Source: Octopus vulgaris (Eukaryota). Taken from it: a stretch of 64,000 nt of DNA. A model generated the notes under the pieces. The model did no database searches, was not told the origin of the DNA, and worked only from the letters and a program-made list of their open reading frames with translations. The stretch is taken from contig OX597820.1 in assembly GCA_951406725.2 (NCBI GenBank), forward strand, positions 48,360,001 through 48,424,000. The letters run 5' to 3'. The position numbers were made by a program, and so were the translations under genes. Numbering within the stretch: position 1 is the first letter of the stretch; each line of letters opens with the position of its first letter. Positions 11,701 to 23,830 of the stretch are shown in pieces.

Positions 11701-13410
11701 CGATGGAGCTAATATTGGTGGTGTTGTTGTTGATGTTGATATTTGCATTTGGTTGTGGTGACTCGTCATGTCTGTTCTACAAGTATAATAGAAGGCACCC
11801 ATTACTAACCATGTCCTGGTCATTTAATTCGCCTGACCGCATGCAAGGATTGAACCACGTGATAAATGTCAAAATTATGCTAAAGACCGGAAGTTCATAG
11901 AAATACACTTTCCCGCTCCCTCTTACCATTTATTTTCATACGCATTTATTCTCCACCCCCCCCCATCCGTGGAAGAGGGTTCTATGCATATTTTACTTAC
12001 ATGCCTACAATAAACCCAGGCGCACGTATATAAAAACACACTCACATAAAGAAAGATATAAATACAAGTACACACGTACACTAACACAAAAACACACGAA
12101 CACACCCAGAAGACAAACGCTTCGTATACACATATGCATTTAGAAAACACACCCATATATATATGAATATATATATGTATAGACACTTACATGCATACAC
12201 ACACACATATATATAAATGTTTATATATATATGTGTGTTCTTTGTGTGTATAAGTACATATATACATATCTATATACTTATTTATATGCATATATATATA
12301 TACACGTAGAGGTAGATGTATATATATATATATGTATATATTTATATGTATATATATATATACATATATTTATTTATTTATATCTATGTTTATATATATA
12401 CATATATATACATACACTTATATATACCTATATATATATGCATCTATTCATGTATAGATACATACATATGTATGTGTATATGTGTGTATGAACATGTATG
12501 TGTGTGTGTGTGTGAAGATTATCTCAATAAGCAGCTATATATACACCTATATGTGTGTATGCATACGTATCAACATTTGTATACAAACATAATCACTTTT
12601 ACACAAACCCACACACATATATTCACACTCATATACATACATTTATACAATGTACATTCATTCATACACTCATCTTTTCACTATAAATTTTGTTGTTGTT
12701 GCTTTTTCGTCCTAGTTAAGAGGTGAAGAGTCAAACGTCAACGAAATCCGTCCAGCCGTGACATTCCTCCAAACTTTTGCATATCCAAGACTATCGATCC
12801 CGAAATATTCTTCCATTTTAAATACAGTAGAATGTAATCTAGAGTAGGTTTTGTAATTTACTTCGTGAATATAAGAGGCCACACAAAACTGCCCTCCTTT
12901 GCTGCAGAAATTGTTATTTACTAGCATGTGTACAGCGATAAGCAAGCAGAATTAAGATCAGTCCAACCGTGGTCATACCGTCTTTTGCCTCGGTAATTTA
13001 TGCTAGAATATATCTAGTGTGGTTTTCACATTTAAAATTGCATAGTGATATACATGAGAGGGTTTTCTTCTATTACCATGAAACGCAACGATAGGGTTGA
13101 TGCTCCTCATATTGGCAATGTCGATATGCAGTCATGTCACACTCACTTCTACGTTGTTCGTTGTTCATTTTATCCTAACATTTCAGCCCTCTTTTTTTTT
13201 TATATATTCTCATCTGTGTCTATTCCTCTTCTGCCGTAGAATCCTTTGTATTCCTAGTCTCTTCTCTTCTCCAACGGAATGTGCTGCAGTTCAAAATATT
13301 AATCCATATATTTTCTATCCTTCCGGTTTGAGCAATCACTTTTTCTTTTCTTGTCTGCACTGGTATATGTTTGTAAGTGTTTACACCTCAGAAGAACACA
13401 CATGCACACA

Positions 13411-13443
<33 letters not shown>

Positions 13444-13999
13444 ACGCATACACACACTCACACAGAGAGACAAAGACACACACACACACACACACCTACA
13501 AACACACACTAAGACACGTGCAATGTTGAAGAAACATGATATTAATTCAAAACTCAAATAAAATCTTCTCATATTTCTGTTATCGTAATAGCATTATATA
13601 CTATTAAGTATCACAGATTTTTCTCGTACACTTACAGCCTGCTCACTGATATATTCTGTTATTGTGTATCCTGTATATTTTTTCGTTTAGGGATTGAGGG
13701 TTATTCAATCTAAAAACCTGCTTTGACTAATCTGTAAATTTACTTTACCTTCGTTCTGTATCCTAAATTCATTATCGCCCAGAATTGTATTTAGAGGTAA
13801 AATATTTATTTACTTTGTATATGCTTTGATATTAACGATGTGTTTTGTAATGATGTGCAGTTGGAAAAAATAGCATTAGGCAATTACTTCAATGCTATTC
13901 TGTAAATATAGACTTGAGTATTGTGAATTCATGTTTTTTTCTCCACTCTCAAGTCAAAATGCTACAATGACAAATGGTAATCAAACATGGTGACCGACA

Positions 14000-14245
14000 A
14001 GCTCAGGATTTGCTGCTCGTTAGTTTGAGGAAAGCAAATTTTCAAGGGATCGGTCGCTTTCCGGTAGGTTCATGGTCAAGCATGTGGCAGTAGAGACCAC
14101 TGGTGTTCTCGGCCCCCGGACAATATCGTTGGCTATCCGCAAATGCGAATCCTGTGAGTCAGAGTAGCGGTTCCAGCGCAACTCACTCGTCGTTCAGGAT
14201 AACGCCTTCTCAGTTTTGTCTACTGGGAACTTGAGGCAGTCTAAA
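14000..14245 (+). mobile_element. CRE-clade LINE C-terminal (restriction-like endonuclease) fragment
   Basis: Single frame SSGFAAR*FEESKFSRDRSLSGRFMVKHVAVETTGVLGPRT...SE*RFQRNSLVVQDNAFSV, matching the P(V/L)AVETxGxxG ... FQRxSxxxxRGNA pattern of CRE-type elements. Confidence 0.6.
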
Positions 14246-14399
14246 TCATAGGAAATTGTACGTTCCACTTCTTAATGCAAAGTTATTCCAAATAATGTAG
14301 TGACACAGCATCAAAAAATGCTTAATAACTAAATAAGTTAAGACGTAGTATCGTGTAGGGTATTTGTTTGTCAACATGTATTTGGATACAAAATATATA

Positions 14400-14628
14400 T
14401 TTCTTTACTAACCACAAGGGGCTAAACACAGGGGACAAACAAGGACAGACAAAGGGATTAAGTCGATTACATCGATCCTAGTGCGTAACTGGTACTTAAT
14501 TTATCGACCCCGAAAGGATAAAAACAAAGTCGACCTCGGCGGAATTTGAACTCAGAACGTAACGACAGATGAAATACGGCTACGCATTTCGCTCGGCGTG
14601 CTAACGTTTCTGCCGGCTCGCCGCCTTT
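14400..14628 (-). mobile_element. Full-length SINE family A (alternative-tail subfamily)
   Basis: Complete reverse complement from ttctttactaaccacaagggg to ggctcgccgcctt. Confidence 0.9.
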
Positions 14629-15162
14629 TTGGACACAGAATATATATTACACGTTTCTTTGACGGTGTTCTTCAATAAGGAATATAACACGATATTTTGT
14701 TTGGGTGAGTGACAAATATTCACTCATTAAAATAGTGGAAAATAATGTCAATATACTTTGCCTTTCTCAGGTTCCATATACGCTGCTGCAAACTTGTATG
14801 TTTCTATTAAACAGGCATTGAAGCCCTCCGCATAATGCAATCAGAATTCCTCATCACGGACACTGTTTTCTGTTTCACTTCTCGCATCTTCTAAGAAATT
14901 CTTTGACGCACTGCTTTGTTTCAAGACTGTCACATAACACATCAGGAACTACGTGAAATACTACCTACTATGTGATAGTTCAAACCTCTAGAAATGACAT
15001 CTGCATTACAAAATAACCTCATGTTCCATTCTTTCGCATAAAAAACAAATTCGACGAATTTAATCAAATACACAAATACGTACACATACAGAAAATTTAT
15101 ACATATACATAATACGTGTATGTGTGTGTGTATGTATGTATGTATGTATGTATGTATGTATG

Positions 15163-15193
<31 letters not shown>

Positions 15194-15325
15194 GTGGGTA
15201 CATGTGTGCACATAAGACATGCACACAGATATATGTACGTTTCTATCATTCGACAGATGTAATATAATCACAAAATATGAGAGTGTATGCAAATTTATAT
15301 ATAATATGTATGTATATATGTATAC

Positions 15326-15379
<54 letters not shown>

Positions 15380-15588
15380 ATACATATATATACCCACACG
15401 TGTATATGTATACATATAAATACCTATGTATAAACACACATATCTACATATATACATATATATGTATACACACATATATATCCATATATATATAATGTAT
15501 ATGTAGATATGTATATCTATCTAACTATCTAGCTAGCTAGCTATCTCTCTTCTCTCTCTCTCTCTTTCTCACTCTCTCTCTCTCTCTC

Positions 15589-15648
<60 letters not shown>

Positions 15649-16388
15649 AACATATATCTATATATATGCGCCTGTTCACACGTAACACTTTATATGCTAG
15701 AGCGGTATTTTAAAATAAATTGGTTCTAAAGAACGCGTTGATTCGCTACTTTCTCCCAATATTCACAAAACATCAAATTACCGAGTGATATGTAGCAAAT
15801 TCTTCGCCATTCTTATATATTTATGTATACATACACTGGTGTATGTATTTATTTGTTTTGTGTGTAAGACAATTTTAATCATGACAACACGTGCGATGTC
15901 ATTTTTGCTTCTTTTCTATTTCCCGTTGTGCTTCCTTAAACTTGTTCTCTGCCAGAAAATAAGGGAATTATTCAACGCTGAGTCAGAGGAATATGAAAGG
16001 AGCATTTTTGAATGATTGAAGGTCTTGTTAGATCTACGTCCACACATACACACACATCTGTATATAAATACATATGCATTTATGTATATATGTATACGCA
16101 TGTACGCATGTGGGTGTGTATGTGTGTGTGTGTGTGTGTGTGTGTATTTGTAAAGATATATATACATGTATGCATGGATTCATTGGGTTAAGAATATGTG
16201 GAATATATGACTATTTGCAAACATCTTTCTCTGTGAATATATGTGCTTCCATAATTAAGTAAACGCGTCCCTTCACAGATGTATAAAGTTAGATATATTG
16301 CCGTGCTGATGTATATATATTATAATATTTATATCTCTGTAAACACATACTCACTCACACACATATAATGACATATGTATACACACAC

Positions 16389-16425
<37 letters not shown>

Positions 16426-16494
16426 CCTGTATATGTATATATGTATGTATATATGTATATATATATATATACATATATATATATACATATCTCC

Positions 16495-16536
<42 letters not shown>

Positions 16537-16689
16537 CATATGTAAGAGGAATATCCACCAAAACGGATTCCTAATTTGCTAGAATATGCCAGATCGTCTT
16601 ACCACGAAGAATGTGTTCTCAAGAAATTTCAGCAAACGCCAGAATGTAAGCGAGCACGACAAATGAAAAGATACAAAATTTGGCAATAA

Positions 16690-16755
16690 ACTCCATACCT
16701 CAGGTCTCGCTATAAACGGTCACTTATGTGATCGTCCGTAGTTCATCAGTGAAGT
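16690..16755 (-). ncRNA. Type-I hammerhead-like motif, copy 1 (GAAA mutated to GAGA)
   Basis: ACTTCA CTGATGA A CTACGGACGATCAC ataa GTGACCGTTTATAG C GAGA CCTGAGG T A TGGAGT. Confidence 0.65.
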
Positions 16756-17194
16756 CGTTGCGGGAAAACATAATTGAGAGAACTAGACACAAGACGTCCT
16801 CTCGAAAGAGAGTGTGCATAAAGTTCTGCCAATTATGTATCAGGGTCTATTTCGAATGTCTTCATTTTGGTTCGCTGAAACAGGAAAGAACTCTGCAGTA
16901 AATGAGATTCCGCAGCAAAGTTACCGGTTAGAGAACATGGCTATTTAAATGTTAAATAATGAGGGTAGAAATTAATATTATTAATTAATATCAATTTAAA
17001 CCAGTGGCCTAGCATACTTAAAAAATCCGAACTCTATGAATTATATTACACATATAAGAGGAATAACCACCAAGGTGGATTCCTAATATGCTAGAAGGTC
17101 GTGTTACCCCGAAGAATGTATTAACAAGAAATTTTAGCAAACACCAGAATGTAAGCTTGCAAGACAGATGAAACGATACAAAATTTGGCAATAA

Positions 17195-17259
17195 ACTTCA
17201 TACCCCAGTTTTCGCTATTAACGGTCACTTGGTGATCGTCTGTAGTTCATCAGCGATGT
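17195..17259 (-). ncRNA. Type-I hammerhead-like motif, copy 2
   Basis: ACATCG CTGATGA A CTACAGACGATCAC caa GTGACCGTTAATAG C GAAA ACTGGGG T A TGAAGT. Confidence 0.65.
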
Positions 17260-17344
17260 GGTTGCAGGAAAACATAATTCAGAGAACTGGATAGAAAACG
17301 TCCTCTCGAAAGAGAACGTGTTTTTTTCATAGCGTTTGTCTTAA

Positions 17345-17410
17345 TTACTTACTGATGATATGCCGGAACAGACTTTCTGCCCCGGCATCCGAAACTCTGA
17401 GTTTTATTAT
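17345..17410 (+). ncRNA. Hammerhead-like motif in a separate short element (about 17330-17500)
   Basis: CTGATGA T ATGCCGG ... CCGGCAT CC GAAA CTCTGAG T T; 7-bp stem II, near-palindromic stem III, degenerate stem I. Confidence 0.55.
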
Positions 17411-17498
17411 GACGACCAACTAACTTTGACATACTATATTTATAGATAGATTCCTCAATTTTACATAACATCGAGGCTCATTCATTCTTTTGTTGTTA

Positions 17499-17694
<196 letters not shown>

Positions 17695-18226
17695 CCAAAT
17701 TAGCAAATTGCATCCAGCAGTGTTGAAAATCTGAGCGACTGGCGGATGATGGATCTGTCATCACGAGGTGATGTAACCTATTTTCTACCCGTATTTATAT
17801 TGTCTTGCGCCGTAAATAGAGAACATTTCAACTACTGAGCAATTTGCCTTTGAAACATTCCATCTTCATGATGATCTACGATTTGACCTCGCTCACACTT
17901 AATCAACGCCCTTGTTTTAGGCATTTTGGTGTTTATTAACTGTATCTACAACGTATTTCAGCATGAAACTCTGAAATAATCAAGGAAACAAATTAACTTT
18001 GGACGTTCGTCTTATAATTGGTTGCATATGTACAGAATAGTATAAAAGTTGAAATTCATGCTAAAGGCAGGTCAACCATATATTAAAACTAATGTATATT
18101 GTGAAGTATATTATAATTTATCATGTGCACGAGTTTCATTAGCATTGAGATTGTAGAACTCCAAAACATTGGGGGTTGCCTAATACTTTTGGCAAAATCT
18201 GTATATATATATATATGTATATTTTC

Positions 18227-18272
<46 letters not shown>

Positions 18273-18674
18273 GCAAATATACCTATATACTTACACACGT
18301 TTATGTAAATATGGGTTTGTGCGCGAGGGAGGATGTTTCATGTGAAAAAAAGGATCACAAGTGTAACTGTGATGCTCGGGTAATCATAAATATCCTTACA
18401 TACATCTTTATGCATTATGTAAAATATTAAGATGGATTTGCAGAGAAGATGAGAAAATGTATGCATTCATACAAAAAAAAAACATTCAACACACACATAT
18501 CTATGCGCAAACATATTTCCTTATCCATATGTATACATGGATGTGCTTGTATATGTGAATATGTGCATGTGTGTATGTGTGAGTGTGTGTATATGTGTGA
18601 ATGTGTATGCGTGTGTCTCATTTTGTGTGTGTGTCTATGTTTGTGCGTGCGTGTGTGTTTGTGTGGGTGTGTGC

Positions 18675-18719
<45 letters not shown>

Positions 18720-19013
18720 TATATATTAATGTTTGTTTTTATGATATCCTGAAGACAACTTTACTTTAATCTGATGGGTTTAGCTGGCCCCAACTTCAAA
18801 GTCACTCTGAACAACATTCTTCTATAAGAATGACGCAGACATACACACAGACACACACACACACATACACACAAACACTCGCGCTCGCACAGATACATAC
18901 ACTGACACACACAGAGGCACGCAATTACGCACTCACTCACGCACACACATGCATATTCATAGACATATATAATATGCATGTATATCCAAATGTGCTTCTG
19001 TATACATGTATAT

Positions 19014-19082
<69 letters not shown>

Positions 19083-19161
19083 AATAAGAGTAAATAATTT
19101 CTTCGATGGTTTTTTGAAAAACCAGTTAGTAATATAATAATAAAAGTAAATAATTTCTTCA

Positions 19162-19213
<52 letters not shown>

Positions 19214-19695
19214 TACATACATACATACATACATACACATTTATGTGTAGGTTTCTGCATGTATATATGCCTGTGCCTGAGTCTGTCTTACCTGGAGGAA
19301 CGCACTTGGTGAGAAACTCTGCTTTATTAAAGATTAAATTATTAGCTTAAAATGGATTAATGAATCGCTTTTTATATACTAACTACACATGCATTAAAAA
19401 ACACGCCACATATGCTCTTTCCACACACACGCAATATATAAATACATACACACACGTACACACGCACACACACACACTCACACACACACACACACACACA
19501 CATGAAAATTTGTTTTAAAGATCAGAATCACCTCTATATAAGTAAAGGAAAATAGACGCACACGCATCTTTTTGCTTGTGCGTGAGTGTGTTTACCTGTA
19601 TAGTTATATATATATATATAAATATATATATATGTGTGTGTGTGCGCATATATGTATGTATGTGTGTATGTAGGTATTTATGTATCTATTAATCA

Positions 19696-19732
<37 letters not shown>

Positions 19733-19737
<5 letters not shown>

Positions 19738-20670
19738 TAATAAATAAAATATATGCATACGTACAAACATATATGTACGTACCTACATCTACATGTATAT
19801 ATACATGCATATATAAATATATGTACGTGAGTACAGGACACCACAACTAGACGTAGAACTCAACGAGAAACGAAAACGGAAAAGCCATTTTTTTACAACA
19901 GAAAAACAGAGACGTGGAACTCAACGAGAAACGAAAACGGGAAAAACATATTTTTACAACAGAAAAACAATGTACAGGACATACTACACAAGGAAAAATC
20001 CCCAATCATCAGCTGTCGCTAGTTAGACTCAAGCGTGTTTCGAAGGCAAAACATGGCACGACTCGTCAAAACTAGGCCTTCCTGCGAGAGAATTAAAATA
20101 AAATTACTTCGCAGAGGGGTAAAACCAAGCAAGAAAAAAATGTAACACAAAGAGGACGTAACAATAAAACTGCACAATAAAATACAAGATAAAAATACAT
20201 GTACAAGAAAATACAAAACGAGAAATAGAAAGAAGATACAATACGAGAAATCAAAATAAACAAGAAGACAAACGAGAAAAACAAACGAAAAAGCCTTTTT
20301 TCTGGCTTAGACGGAAGATGTCCTAGCAGCGCATGGAAATATGACTTTACAGGTTGAAAGCAGCGTGCAAAAGGAAGTGGTTTAGGCTAGCAGTGACAAA
20401 GATGAGGAGGAGTGAGAGAGAGAGAGGAAGACACGCGGATGAGAGAGAGATGAGGAAGAGTGAGAGGGAGAGAGAGTGGGGAAGTTAAAGCAAAGGGAGA
20501 GAATTTCGCGTCATAATAATATATAAAACAGTACTAGGAGCATAAGAAATGGAACGAAGCGACGAATCGAAACGAACCCGACGCGAACGCGCTGTCAGAC
20601 AATAGTGTAATAAATAAAATATATGCATACATACAAACATATATGTACGTACCAACATCTACATGTATAT
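19733..20670 (-). mobile_element. 870-nt-period element with ~68-bp terminal direct repeats, embedded in (TA)n; Penelope-like architecture
   Basis: tagtgtaataaataaaatatatgcatac...acatctacatgtatat at 19733 and 20603; internal ~60-bp duplication agacgtRgaactcaacgagaaacgaaaacgg at about 19849 and 19909. Confidence 0.65.
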
Positions 20671-20687
20671 ATATATATATATATATG

Positions 20688-20749
<62 letters not shown>

Positions 20750-21039
20750 CATATATACATACATATATATACATATATACATATATACATACATATATAT
20801 ATACATATACATACATATATATACATACACATCTTGCACAATTCATGATGTGAAATCGTGTCTTGAAACATATATTTTTATATTTGGGGATATTCAGAGA
20901 TGTGAGATAAAGAGTCATTGATGAGGTCACAGGATGAATGCGAAAGAGCTTTGACAAAGAAACAGAAATAATAATAGGAAGGCTTAAGTAAAACTAAATG
21001 CACGTACATATATATAAAATGCAATTTTGAAGATGTTTA

Positions 21040-21086
21040 TTCACTTGACCGGTTTCACGTTTTTAGAAAAAGATCGTCAAAAGTAA
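21040..21086 (-). ncRNA. Degenerate minimal hammerhead-like motif
   Basis: TTTACTT TTGACGA T CTTTTCTAAAAACG T GAAA CCGG T C AAGTGAA: 7-bp stem I, palindromic ACCGGT, GUC triplet, C3U. Confidence 0.5.
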
Positions 21087-21289
21087 AATGTAAAGCTTTG
21101 TATGAGCTTTTTGTGTTAAGTACTGGTTATTACAAAAATATTAAAATACAGATTTACATTCTTTGATAATAATAAGAAAATGTTAAAACTGTTTCCAAGA
21201 AAGTATTTAAGAAAGTAATCAGAAGGGACTCCTAAAAGTAATTTGAGTTCACTAAAAATCATGGTTGTTTGTCATTATATATATACACA

Positions 21290-21750
21290 GGAAGGGATAT
21301 ATTTAAGAATTTACAAAAAAGTTGTAGAGGAATAACTGACCTGTCTTTCTGATATCAGGTAAATAATTAATGAATCTTGTACTCTAAAAATAACTCTTCA
21401 TTATTACCTATCGTCATAGGTGCATTAGGCTATGTACCTACAAATTTAGACCAAAGCCTACAAATACTAGGTTTTTCGTAAAAAGCGTAAAAGAAACTGA
21501 CTAGGAATTCTCCAAATCCAAATTATTAGTGGCACGGTACAGATTTGTGAGACATTCCAGAAATTATCCATGTAAGATTCTTATTTTGATAAATAAACAG
21601 ACATCGGTGTATGCATTGACAGTTCAATCAACATACCAACTCAACCACATATTTACAAACACTAGGGACATTATTAACGCAAAAAGCTTGGTCACTCTTT
21701 AGCGGTCAGCTTGAATTCTCTTACGAAGAACTAAATAAAACTCAAAGAAA
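21290..21750 (+). mobile_element. R4/Dong-clade LINE 3' end
   Basis: LPIVIGALGYVPTNLDQSLQILGFS* from 21404, then ILQIQIISGTVQICETFQKLSM*; the PI(V/I)IGALG motif is typical of the R4/Dong RLE C-terminus; followed by a 3' UTR-like segment. Confidence 0.7.
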
Positions 21751-21813
21751 AGTCATACATACATACTCACTTAAATACACACATACAGAAGGTATGTAGG
21801 TTGATAAATCGAT

Positions 21814-21888
<75 letters not shown>

Positions 21889-21970
21889 GGGAATAAATCC
21901 AAACTTACAGGGAAAAGTCAGATTTAGGATTAAACCCAATTTTATAGTATAAATATATTATATTATATTA

Positions 21971-22316
21971 TATTAAATTAGAGATAAAACCACTATTAGG
22001 CAAATCAAACAATGAAAAATATAAGCCAATACATAAAATTAATTAATTTATATTATTTTAAATATATATCAAAAGTATTCATTGCTAAACCTCGCTAAGA
22101 TATTTCAATTAACCTGAAGATTGACTGTAACCATAACTCGAATTATTACGAATTGTACAGCCATGAAACGATCGTAGTGTTTTACTCTTTATCTTTATTA
22201 AACTTTTAATACTTTTGATATATATTTAAAATAATATAAATTAATAAATTTTATGTATTGGCTTATGTTTTTCATTGGTTGATTTGCCTAATAGTGGTTT
22301 TATCTCTAATTTAATA
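21971..22316. repeat. Inverted repeat with ~109-bp arms and a 128-bp spacer
   Basis: Arm 21971-22079 is the reverse complement of 22208-22316 with few mismatches. Confidence 0.95.
22111..22179 (+). ncRNA. Hammerhead-like motif in the inverted-repeat spacer
   Basis: CTGAAGA T TGACTGTA ... TACAGCCA T GAAA CGATCG T A: perfect palindrome ACGATCGT, GUA triplet, weak stem I. Confidence 0.55.
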
Positions 22317-22581
22317 TATATATATATATATATATAATTATAAATGAGGGTGAAAAATCGATATTAATTTAATAATACCATTAATTTAACACCAAGTGGC
22401 TTAGCACAAAAAACTACGGAGAAAATACAAATTTATACATAAATTATTAGAGAGTTATCCACTATGTGGATAACTCTAGTGCTAAAAATAGCTCCGAAGC
22501 AACCACAGAAGATCAGTTTCCAACTAGAATCAACATACATTTAACGGGAGGAAAGTGAAATACAACGAATAAAATAGATTG

Positions 22582-22657
22582 ACTCTATACAATTGTTTCA
22601 TTACTAATGTAATATGTAGTTTTACTTACACTCACATCTATAAATCTTCGGTAGAGT
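22582..22657 (-). ncRNA. Type-I hammerhead ribozyme candidate (U4C core), copy 1
   Basis: ACTCTA CCGAAGA T [long stem II] T GAAA CAATTG T A TAGAGT: perfect 6-bp stem I, palindromic ACAATTGT, GUA triplet. Confidence 0.7.
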
Positions 22658-23074
22658 TTGTCAGAAATGCAATTAATTAGATCGATTCGAGCGTCAAAAA
22701 CACGAGCGGTCCAACCAATTACATTTTTAGTTATGTCTCAAATTCCGCGCCAAAAGCATGCCTAGACTCCATTGAAAACGTATGCCGCATCAAATAAAAT
22801 ATTGACTGCCGCGTAGTTAAATTTATAAAATTATAAATGAGGGTGAAAAATCGATATTAATTTAATAATACCATTAATTTAACACCAAGTGGCTTAGCAC
22901 AAAAAACTACGGAGAAAATACAAATTTATACATAAATTATTAGAGAGTTATCCACTATGTGGATAACTCTAGTGCTAAAAATAGCTCCGAAGCAACCACA
23001 GAAGATCAGTTTCCAACTAGAATCAACATACATTTAACGGGAGGAAAGTGAAATACAACGAATAAAATAGATTG

Positions 23075-23150
23075 ACTCTATACAATTGTTTCATTACTAA
23101 TGTAATATGTAGTTTTACTTACACTCACATCTATAAATCTTCGGTAGAGT
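23075..23150 (-). ncRNA. Type-I hammerhead ribozyme candidate (U4C core), copy 2
   Basis: Identical to 22582-22657, offset by 493 nt. Confidence 0.7.
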
Positions 23151-23503
23151 TTGTCAGAAATGCAATTAATTAGATCGATTCGAGCGTCAAAAACACGAGC
23201 GGTCCAACCAATTACATTTTTAGTTATGTCTCAGATTCCGCGCCAAAAGCATGCCTAGACTCCATTGAAAACGTATGCCGCATCAAATAAAATATTGACT
23301 GCCGCGTAGTTAAATTTATAAAATTATAAATGAGGGTGAAAAATCGATATTAATTTAATAATACCATTAATTTAACACCAAGTGGCTTAGCACAAAAAAC
23401 TACGGAGAAAATACAAATTTATACATAAATTATTAGAGAGTTATCCACTATGTGGATAACTCTAGTGCTAAAAATAGCTCCGAAGCAACCACAGAAGATC
23501 AGT

Positions 23504-23542
<39 letters not shown>

Positions 23543-23546
<4 letters not shown>

Positions 23547-23720
23547 AGTGTTTACGAGGAAAACAAAAGACGAAGACAGGTGGTGTACAAAACAAACAGA
23601 TGTATTAGTATAACTCTCAGGAATAGAAAGAGTCTTTTACGTTTCGAGGTTACGCTCCTCTACAGAAAGGGACATAGAAAAAACATGGAGAGAAAAAAAT
23701 GTATGTAGTGGCTAACGATA
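23543..23720 (-). mobile_element. Second copy of the 10.3-kb short element, with a minimal hammerhead-like motif at 23633-23670
   Basis: Reverse complement reads ccctttCTGTAGAggagcgtaacctcGAAAcgtaaaagac...tcttcgtcttttgttttcctcgtaaacactccc followed by (TA)n. Confidence 0.65.
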
Positions 23721-23725
23721 CACAC

Positions 23726-23762
<37 letters not shown>

Positions 23763-23765
23763 CAT

Positions 23766-23830
<65 letters not shown>

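Larger units (their letters stand above)
16536..17320 (-). repeat. Diverged tandem array of a ~505-512-nt hammerhead-bearing unit (about 1.5 copies)
   Basis: taagaggaata at 16543 and 17055; colinear homology out to cgtcctctcgaaagaga; left end abuts (TA)n. Confidence 0.9.
22336..23504 (-). repeat. Near-perfect tandem array of a 493-nt unit (about 2.4 copies); retrozyme or Penelope pLTR-like
   Basis: aattataaatgagggtgaaaaatcg at 22336, 22829 and 23322; one substitution seen between the full copies; (TA)n on both flanks. Confidence 0.95.
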
